Shown: positions 18,849 to 24,496 of the stretch, in pieces
Layout of the letters: each line of letters starts with the position of its first letter
How positions within the stretch are numbered: position 1 is the first letter of the stretch
Assembly: GCA_020725195.1 (NCBI GenBank)
Contig: DYFL01000005.1
Span: forward strand, 48,513-80,512
Origin: Hydrogenophilus sp.
Lineage (GTDB): Bacteria > Pseudomonadota > Gammaproteobacteria > Burkholderiales > Thiobacillaceae
DNA length: 32,000 nucleotides
Reading direction: 5' to 3'
Notes under the pieces: generated by a model
What the model was told of the DNA's origin: nothing
The model's input: the letters and a program-made list of their open reading frames with translations, nothing else
The model's database searches: none
Made by a program: the position numbers and the translations under genes

Positions 18849-19218
18849 ATCCGGCGCCCATATCCCTCAGATCGACATAACTGGTGAGGCCTACCAGGAC
18901 GGGCGCTTCGCTGCCAGCGTCTTCCTGCAGAGCGTTCACGACAGCGTCGAGCTCACCTCACACGAGGAAATGGCCTCGGCCTTCGTGGAGGTGGCCGTCG
19001 ACGAGATTCTGGCCTTCCAACGTGCTGCAGATCCCCGTGACGGCCTGGCTCGCCTGTTCGGCTTCATGGGCCGGGTCGGCGAAATCCTCTGGCTGTACGA
19101 ATACGAGCAGCTGGAGCAGGAAACCAAGTTAAACGCGGCGGCCGATGCCGGCCGCCAAGTGGCGACAGTGATCTCCCTGGCGATGGCCGGGGCCGGCAAG
19201 GAAGGAGGTAAGGCATGA
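18841..19218 (+). CDS. Hypothetical protein (125 aa)
   Basis: ATG 18841 overlaps the previous stop (ATGGCTGA). MAESGAHIPQIDITGEAYQDGRF... No family recognised. Confidence 0.5.
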   Translation: MAESGAHIPQIDITGEAYQDGRFAASVFLQSVHDSVELTSHEEMASAFVEVAVDEILAFQRAADPRDGLARLFGFMGRVGEILWLYEYEQLEQETKLNAAADAGRQVATVISLAMAGAGKEGGKA

Positions 19219-19415
19219 GTACCGCTGACATCATCCTGAAGGCCATAGATGACCTCCACGACGCTGCTGCTCTTGCCGAGGCATTGAAAGCGATGCATGA
19301 GACGGGCAGCTACCCGTGGCGCGTCGTAGATGTGCTTGCCGCCCGCCTCCAAGAAATCATCAGTCGCATGGATCAGTTCGATACCCACGGCCAGGGTTGC
19401 CGCGATGCCGGCTGA
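19215..19415 (+). CDS. Hypothetical protein (66 aa)
   Basis: ATGA overlap with the previous gene and GGAGG RBS. MSTADIILKAIDDLHDAAALAEALKAMHE... Confidence 0.45.
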   Translation: MSTADIILKAIDDLHDAAALAEALKAMHETGSYPWRVVDVLAARLQEIISRMDQFDTHGQGCRDAG

Positions 19416-19788
19416 TCAGCGCGGCGCCCGCCGGCTGCCGCCCTTTGGCCGCGAATTGGCCGAGGCCAGGCGTCGGGGGCTGGTGCCCAAGCTTCCCCTT
19501 GGCTGGTTCGTGGTGGCCCTGGGGTGGGATCTGGCCAAAGGCCAGCCCAGGATCGTGCTGCCATCCGACAAGCCGGTGGACGGCTACGACCTCGCGGCGC
19601 TCGCGGGCCTGGACCTGATCATCGCCTACTGCCGGCATGATGCGCATCGGGTGCAAGCTGTCGCCGATGCACTGCTGGCCATCCGTCCACGCACCTTGAC
19701 CGCCTGCGCCGTTGGCACCGTAGCCGTGCCGTGGCATTACTGGCACGCACCAGGTGCCACTCTGCTGGTGGGGCTGAATGGTGCTTGA
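19405..19788 (+). CDS. Hypothetical protein (127 aa)
   Basis: ATG 19405 (M26 of the track ORF) overlaps the previous gene by 11 nt. MPADQRGARRLPPFGRELAEARRRGLVPKLPLGWFVVALGWDLAKG... The start is uncertain. Confidence 0.45.
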   Translation: MPADQRGARRLPPFGRELAEARRRGLVPKLPLGWFVVALGWDLAKGQPRIVLPSDKPVDGYDLAALAGLDLIIAYCRHDAHRVQAVADALLAIRPRTLTACAVGTVAVPWHYWHAPGATLLVGLNGA

Positions 19789-20770
19789 GTTGGTTGCAGA
19801 GACCGAAGAGCAGCGCGCAGCGCGACGGCGCGCAACACCGAGCGCAACAGGGCTCGTCGCAATCAACCTCGAAGATTTCCTGACAACACCCATTCCACCC
19901 AGGAAAGCCCTCATAGACCCTGTGCTCCACGAGCAGAGCCTGGGGATGATCTACGCTAAGCGTGGTGTTGGGAAGACGCAGTTCGTCATGGGTTTCGGCT
20001 ATGCGGTGGCGGCTGGCGCACAGTTCATGGGCTGGTCAGCACCTGAGCCGCGCAAGGTGCTGCACATCGATGGGGAGATGCCGGCCGCCAGCCTGCAACA
20101 ACGCTTGGCGGAGTTGGTGAAAGCCAACGATAAGGAGCCCCCCAAGGGCTATCTCCGAATCATCACCCCAGACCTGCAGCCGCGCGGCATGCCTGATCTG
20201 GCCCTGTTGGATGGGCAGATGGCCATCGATGAACAGGTGGAGGATGACACCGCCCTGATCATCGTCGACAACCTGAGCTCCCTGGTCCGTTGGGGTGGCA
20301 GCGAGAACGACGCGGAGAGCTGGCTCTCGGTTTCTGAATGGGCTCTGAGGCATCGCGCCAAGGGCAGGGCCATCCTGTTCGTCCACCACGCCGGCAAGAG
20401 CGGACAGCAGCGTGGCACCAGCAAGCGCGAGGATCTTCTCGACCTGGTGCTGGCTCTGCGACACCCAACCGATTACGACCCCAGCCAAGGCGCCCGCTTT
20501 GAAGTCCACTTCGAGAAGGCGCGAGGACTGTTTGGCGCTGACGTTGACCCGTTCGAGGCCGCACTCGGTACCGACGACCAAGGCCGGCAGGCCTGGGCAA
20601 CCAGCCCCTTGGAAAACTCGACCTATGAGCGCTCCATCGAGCTGCATGGGCTTGGTCTTTCTGTGACCGACATCGCCAGGGAACTGGAGGTGCACAAGTC
20701 CACCATCAGCCGCGCGTTACAGCGCGCACAGCATGAGGGGCGGATTACCCCCAGGGGCAAGCAGAAATGA
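19778..20770 (+). CDS. RecA-fold AAA ATPase (RepA-like / AAA_25-type) with C-terminal helix-turn-helix
   Basis: Walker A YAKRGVGKTQF and Walker B ALIIVDNLSSL. FVHHAGKSGQQRGTSKREDLLD is typical of RepA-like replicative/loader ATPases of islands and plasmids. C-terminal LSVTDIARELEVHKSTISRALQRAQ is a resolvase-type HTH. Confidence 0.8.
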   Translation: MVLELVAETEEQRAARRRATPSATGLVAINLEDFLTTPIPPRKALIDPVLHEQSLGMIYAKRGVGKTQFVMGFGYAVAAGAQFMGWSAPEPRKVLHIDGEMPAASLQQRLAELVKANDKEPPKGYLRIITPDLQPRGMPDLALLDGQMAIDEQVEDDTALIIVDNLSSLVRWGGSENDAESWLSVSEWALRHRAKGRAILFVHHAGKSGQQRGTSKREDLLDLVLALRHPTDYDPSQGARFEVHFEKARGLFGADVDPFEAALGTDDQGRQAWATSPLENSTYERSIELHGLGLSVTDIARELEVHKSTISRALQRAQHEGRITPRGKQK

Positions 20771-20788
20771 ACTATGTCCCCTGCCCCC

Positions 20789-20964
20789 TGTTGCGCTGTT
20801 GCCCCTCTAAAGAGGGGGCAACACGCAACAACAAGGGGCGGCCCCGCAACAAACCATGCAACAAAGGCGCAACGATGAGCCTGAAAGCCTTAGCCCATGC
20901 GGTTTTATCACGCAACAACTCAGACAGGGCAACGCCTGAAACACCCGCAACGCGAGGAAGCAAC
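20789..20964. repeat. Iteron-like cluster: 9 direct GCAAC(A/G) + 2 inverted GTTGC copies, including a ~20-bp-arm imperfect palindrome
   Basis: GCAAC at 20818, 20825, 20846, 20858, 20869, 20912, 20929, 20947 and 20960. GTTGC at 20790 and 20798. TGTTGCGCTGTTGCCCCTCT (20789-20808) pairs with AGAGGGGGCAACACGCAACA (20811-20830), with one bulge per arm. The cluster lies immediately downstream of the ATPase-HTH gene. Confidence 0.7.
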
Positions 20965-21264
20965 AGCCGCGATGATCTGGGCGGTCTGCGCTCAGACTTC
21001 ATCACGGTTCGGGCTTGGTTCGTTTGCTGTGGTGAATGGACCGAGGCCGAGGCCCTGGAGGTCTGGGGGGCTATCGATGGGGCTGACCATGGCGAGCGTG
21101 CTTTCTGGGCTGAGTGGATGGCTGGTATGGCGCAGATGGTCCGTGATCATGCCGCCTGGCTGAAGGAGATCGATGCGAGCGCCTTGGAGGCTGCGCGCAA
21201 GAGGCATGGGGTGCAGACAACGGCACTCGATTTGAAGAAGGAGCATGGAAATGATCAAGCTTGA
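20875..21264 (+). CDS. Hypothetical protein (129 aa); 5' part overlaps the iteron cluster
   Basis: MSLKALAHAVLSRNNSDRATPETPATRGSN...WFVCCGEWTEAEALEVWGAI... The start is uncertain: the track ORF begins at 20767, but its first 36 codons are the translated palindrome and iterons. Confidence 0.4.
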   Translation: MSLKALAHAVLSRNNSDRATPETPATRGSNSRDDLGGLRSDFITVRAWFVCCGEWTEAEALEVWGAIDGADHGERAFWAEWMAGMAQMVRDHAAWLKEIDASALEAARKRHGVQTTALDLKKEHGNDQA

Positions 21265-21961
21265 AATCAAGGGCGTGGACAACGTGACACGGGTACTGAA
21301 CCGCTTAGGCAAGCAGTCGAACAGCGTGTCCGCGCGTGCGCTGAACAACCTGGGCTTCGGTATCAGGAAGTCACTCCAGAAGGAGATGGAGAGCGCATTC
21401 GCCAACCCGACGCCATACACGAAGCGCAGCATCTACGTGCACAAGGCCACGGAGACCAATCCGACGATGACGGTCGATTTCAAGGATGAGGCGTTCAAGG
21501 CGATCCCGCCTGATCGGTACATGCGCCCCCAGGTCTATGGCGGCAGCCGTGTGCTCAAGCGCTCCGAGCGGCGGCTGGGCACTTATGCCTACCCTGGCCG
21601 GGGTGCTGAGCTTGATGCCTACGGGAATATGAGCCGTGGCGAGATCGTCAAGATACTGACCCAGCTGGGCAGGCTGGGCGTCAACACGATGAGCAAGCGG
21701 GCCAGGAAGGCCGGGATCGCGCAGAAGATTATCCATCGTCACCTCGGCACACAGTATTTCGTCGCCCGCAGCAAGTCGAACGGCAAGCCGCTCGGGGTAT
21801 GGAAGCTGCTCGGCACCGGCCGCGTAACCCCCGTGCTGGCCTTCGGCAGGAAGCCGAACTACAAGCCTCGATTCGATTTCCACGGTGTTGCTCAGCGAGT
21901 GATCGAAGAGCGCATGGAGCGGGAGCTGGTCAGGGCGCTGAAGTACGAGCTGGGCAAATAG
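21251..21961 (+). CDS. Hypothetical protein (236 aa); N-terminus reminiscent of HK97-gp10-type head-tail proteins (weak)
   Basis: ATG 21251 lies 7 nt after AAGGAG (21238-21243). The pattern MIKLEIKGVDNVTRVLNRLGKQSNSVSARALNNLGFGIRKSLQKEMESAF resembles the 'M.I.I.G.del...L..L......al...' openings of phage neck and virion-morphogenesis proteins. Not verified. Confidence 0.5.
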   Translation: MIKLEIKGVDNVTRVLNRLGKQSNSVSARALNNLGFGIRKSLQKEMESAFANPTPYTKRSIYVHKATETNPTMTVDFKDEAFKAIPPDRYMRPQVYGGSRVLKRSERRLGTYAYPGRGAELDAYGNMSRGEIVKILTQLGRLGVNTMSKRARKAGIAQKIIHRHLGTQYFVARSKSNGKPLGVWKLLGTGRVTPVLAFGRKPNYKPRFDFHGVAQRVIEERMERELVRALKYELGK

Positions 21962-22035
21962 TGGGTCCTTCCTGGGAAAAACGCCTTACGGGCAATTCGA
22001 ACCCAGACTTTTCGCTAGTGGGTGGGATTTTCTCG

Positions 22036-22079
22036 GGGTTGACATACCAGTTGACTCTCCTCCTGGGTTGACATTGACA
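22036..22079 (+). promoter_or_regulatory. Repeated TTGAC(A) hexamers / GGGTTGACAT direct repeat (candidate internal promoter-operator)
   Basis: GGGTTGACAT occurs at 22036-22045 and again at 22065-22074 (29-bp offset). There is also TTGAC at 22051 and TTGACA at 22074-22079. The region lies in the 106-nt gap before the next ORF. Confidence 0.35.
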
Positions 22080-22574
22080 GATACGACGCCACTCCAGCAC
22101 TGCCTGCAACTGCGCTCGGTCCTCTCCAAGCCGGTGGCCGGCTTCCCCGAGCCGCTCCGGCTCTGGCTGCTGGCCGGCTTTGTCGCGGCGATGGATGAGG
22201 GGGTGTCGCTGGAGACCGGCCTGGGCCTCAAGGGCGCCGGCATCCGCAAGCTGAAGACGCTGCGCCGGATGGCCTACCGCGACACCCTGATAGCAGAGGC
22301 GGCCGCCCTGGTAGACGGCCGGGACGCCGCCGCCCTGGCCGCCGAGATCAGCCGATTCGAGACGCGCAAGTGGCCCGCCTGGCGCCAGTTGGCTGTCGCC
22401 CCGTCCCATGCCACGCCGATCGAACGCATCCTCTTCGATGTCTTCAGGAGCGGCCTCCTGGTGCCCAGCAGTGCGCGGCAGATCGATCGCATCCTGACAT
22501 CAACCCCCCTGATTTCATGTCAAGAAAACTGCGCGACCATCGAGTCACCTGCACTGAAGGAGCCCAAGAGATGA
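22068..22574 (+). CDS. Hypothetical protein (168 aa; TTG start uncertain)
   Basis: The track ORF has a TTG start and no convincing RBS. ...RKLKTLRRMAYRDTLIAEAAALVDGRDAAALAAEISRFETRKWPAWRQL... No family recognised. Confidence 0.4.
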   Translation: MTLTDTTPLQHCLQLRSVLSKPVAGFPEPLRLWLLAGFVAAMDEGVSLETGLGLKGAGIRKLKTLRRMAYRDTLIAEAAALVDGRDAAALAAEISRFETRKWPAWRQLAVAPSHATPIERILFDVFRSGLLVPSSARQIDRILTSTPLISCQENCATIESPALKEPKR

Positions 22575-22957
22575 GTTTCGACAAAGCCACCGCCACCCGT
22601 GAGGCCATGGCCGAGCTTGAGCGCAATCACCGCGCCAAGTTCATCGGCCTGGCCTGCCTGGCCGCCATCGAGGGCGGCCACATTGACCCGCAGGTCGCCG
22701 CTGGCATCGAGCGCGACGCGCGGCAGCTCATGCAGTCCGCTGCCGCCGATCAAGTCCGCTGGAACCGCGGTGTCGTGCTCATGGCCGAGCATGGCCTGGA
22801 CGCCGAGACCGTCGCCGGCATCCTCAAATCCGACCTGACCGACGAAGCCGCCTGGGCGCGGATTTCCTCAGTCGGTCGTCGCACCTACGACCTGGCCGGC
22901 GAGGCCCAGGAACTGAGGGCGCAGATCCTCGCCTTCGGGAGGCGCGGCCATGAGTGA
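22571..22957 (+). CDS. Hypothetical protein (128 aa), paralogue 1 of a three-member tandem small-protein family
   Basis: ATGA overlap with the previous ORF; AAGGAG upstream. It contains ...LMAEHGLDAETVAGILKSDL..., related to the motif in the two following genes. Confidence 0.5.
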   Translation: MSFDKATATREAMAELERNHRAKFIGLACLAAIEGGHIDPQVAAGIERDARQLMQSAAADQVRWNRGVVLMAEHGLDAETVAGILKSDLTDEAAWARISSVGRRTYDLAGEAQELRAQILAFGRRGHE

Positions 22958-23225
22958 GTACGCCAAGCCCGCACAGCTTGCCGGCCCGCTCGCCCTGGCA
23001 GATGCCGACAAGATCCGCACTGCCGTGCGCATGCGCTACCAGGCTGTCTTGAGCCTGTCGGAGGCCTCCGGCCGCATGGAGGCGGCCCTGGAGCTGGCTG
23101 AAACCGATCTCGATCTGCAAACCGTGGCCGGGCTGCTGAAAAACGCCCCCGAGGCCCTGGCCCAGCCGAGCCGGATCGAGGCCTTCGTGATGGAAAAGCG
23201 CGAGGAGGCAAAAGCCCATGCCTGA
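22950..23225 (+). CDS. Hypothetical protein (91 aa), paralogue 2
   Basis: GGGAGG RBS; overlaps the previous stop. ...RMRYQAVLSLSEASGRMEAALELAETDLDLQTVAGLLKNAPEA... Confidence 0.5.
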   Translation: MSEYAKPAQLAGPLALADADKIRTAVRMRYQAVLSLSEASGRMEAALELAETDLDLQTVAGLLKNAPEALAQPSRIEAFVMEKREEAKAHA

Positions 23226-23544
23226 ACACGATCCCGCCCTGCTGGAGGTTGTGGCCGGCGAACAGGCCCGTATCCGCGCCATCCTGAACGCGCCCGAAGC
23301 GAGACACGCCGGCAACTATGCGGTTCAGCTCGCGCTGGGTACCGATATGCCTGCTGCCAAGGCCATCGCCCTGCTCAAGGCCTTCGCCCCGACCCCGCAC
23401 AACTTCCTGGCCGAGGCCATGGGCCATTTGCCCAATCCCGGCATCGCGCCAGACAGCAATATGGAAAGCGCGGAAGGCGTCATCCTGGCCGCCGAGATCG
23501 CGGCGGGTTTCAACCGACTCACCAGACGAAAGGACACGAAATGA
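23218..23544 (+). CDS. Hypothetical protein (108 aa), paralogue 3
   Basis: GAGGAGG RBS. ...EQARIRAILNAPEARHAGNYAVQLALGTDMPAAKAIALLKAFAPTP... aligns by eye with the 91-aa neighbour (R-I/Y-R/Q-A-I/V-L ... LA..TD ... LLK..AP). Confidence 0.5.
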   Translation: MPEHDPALLEVVAGEQARIRAILNAPEARHAGNYAVQLALGTDMPAAKAIALLKAFAPTPHNFLAEAMGHLPNPGIAPDSNMESAEGVILAAEIAAGFNRLTRRKDTK

Positions 23545-23624
23545 GCACCACTCAAAGCAAAACCAAGACCGTTCGAGAACTGGCGCAGGAACTAGTAGGG
23601 AGGGGGGAGAAACCGGACAGGTGA
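23541..23624 (+). pseudogene. 5' fragment (27 codons) of an island gene, apparently truncated by insertion of the Mu-like element
   Basis: ATG 23541 forms an ATGA overlap with the previous stop and has AAAGGA 6 nt upstream, so it looks like a genuine coupled gene start. It reads MSTTQSKTKTVRELAQELVGRGEKPDR, then a TGA (23622-23624) supplied by the first bases of the Mu-end-like sequence. Confidence 0.45.
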
Positions 23625-23775
23625 ACGGCGAGAAAATTGGCCCGAAAAGCCCGTCGTTACTGGAAAGTTGCCCGAAACACTGAATTCCTGATTTCTGGAC
23701 GGCTGCGGGGATAAAGTGCGGGAAATCTTGGTGGAAACTGCGGGAAATAGCGTAGGCCGGTACGGAAATTACCCC
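23622..23775 (+). repeat. Mu-like transposable-phage terminal region: TGAA... terminus plus ~8 (C/G)GAAA-core repeats (candidate MuA-type transposase binding sites, R-end-like)
   Basis: TGAACGGCGAGAAAATTGGCCCGAAAAGCCCG...TTGCCCGAAACAC (23622-23680), then CTGCGGGGATAAAG, GTGCGGGAAATC, GTGGAAAC, CTGCGGGAAATAG and GTACGGAAATTAC (23703-23772). The Mu R end as I recall it begins TGAAGCGGCGCACGAAAAACGCGAAAG. The shared features are the TGAA-CGGCG-(A)GAAAA opening and the repeated CGAAA cores. Confidence 0.55.
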
Positions 23776-23797
23776 AGTTTGAAGGCCGTTTAATTGG

Positions 23798-24400
23798 TCA
23801 CCGAACCCGATTTAATACAGCCGTCAGATGGTCTTCAATAACGTCGGCCACCAGGCGCTGGTCAGAGGAAGGAAAACCGACCAGCTGGCGGGCCGGGATG
23901 CCGGGATGGGTCACCCGCTTCCTGAATAGCCCACCGAAGGCCAGCGCCTTGGCCTTCTTCGGCGTGATTGTGTAGGCGGCTCCCTTGGGACCGTAGGTGC
24001 CGGTGCCGAAGTGATGCCACACGGCCTTCTGATCGCTGAACCCGAGTTTCAACTCGGTCCCCTGTACCTGGTAATTGAAGCTCCCCAGCATGTCGCCGTG
24101 GTCGTAGAGGATTCGGCGCTTCTTCTCCTGCACTTTCTTGGCCGTGGCCAGGCTCATCTGGCCATTCTTGCGGAATGAATCGTCCTGGGACTTCCAAACC
24201 GCCGAGCCGATGGTCATCGGCGACGCTTCCTTCCATTTTGTACCGTCTGGGGCCAGGCCCTGGTCATGGCGCTCCTGATTCACCCGCAGCAGCGATTCGC
24301 CCAGGCTGCCCAGCATCTGCTGGGGCGTGGCGATTTCGAGGCGGACGGCTTCCATGGCCCTGGCCAGGTGGTCGGCTTGAAATTCGATGGTGAATTGCAT
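23798..24400 (-). CDS. Phage virion morphogenesis protein (Mu gpG-like)
   Basis: MQFTIEFQADHLARAMEAV...LGESLLRVNQERHDQGLAPDGTKWKE...AVWHHFGTG...HPGIPARQLVGFPSSDQRLV follows the Mu G / virion-morphogenesis family pattern (..F....aPdG..W..l... hqfG... iPaR.flG.s..d). Confidence 0.8.
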   Translation of the reverse strand: MQFTIEFQADHLARAMEAVRLEIATPQQMLGSLGESLLRVNQERHDQGLAPDGTKWKEASPMTIGSAVWKSQDDSFRKNGQMSLATAKKVQEKKRRILYDHGDMLGSFNYQVQGTELKLGFSDQKAVWHHFGTGTYGPKGAAYTITPKKAKALAFGGLFRKRVTHPGIPARQLVGFPSSDQRLVADVIEDHLTAVLNRVR

Positions 24401-24465
24401 ATGCTGTGTCCGTGGTTAGGTCAGACTGCGCTTCGGCGCTACTGCACAGTATCCGAGCCACAACT

Positions 24466-24496
24466 AACGCGGCCCCTGAAAAGGCCGCGTTTTTTA
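24466..24496 (+). terminator. Canonical intrinsic-terminator-shaped hairpin oriented on the + strand (antisense to the late operon)
   Basis: AACGCGGCC (24466-24474), CCTGAAAA loop, GGCCGCGTT (24483-24491), then TTTTTATTT on the + strand. Read in operon (minus) sense, the stem is followed only by UAGUUGUGG. Confidence 0.5.

Larger units (their letters stand above)
16113..23621 (+). mobile_element. tRNA-Ala-associated integrative island (left portion), P4-type integrase at the tRNA-proximal end; right side interrupted
   Basis: The integrase gene starts 164 nt after the tRNA 3' end. All genes are co-oriented with start/stop overlaps. AlpA and a RepA-like ATPase are present. Composition is patchy (AT-richer 17480-18000). 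No second copy of the tRNA 3' end is seen in the window, so attR is presumably beyond 32000. Confidence 0.75.

Noticed and set aside
21985-22015. GGGTTCGAAT-like string (minus strand), suggestive of a tRNA T-arm or an att-site remnant
   Set aside because: I could not build a 5-bp T stem or any cloverleaf around it. It does not match the 3' end of the tRNA-Ala at 16037-16112.
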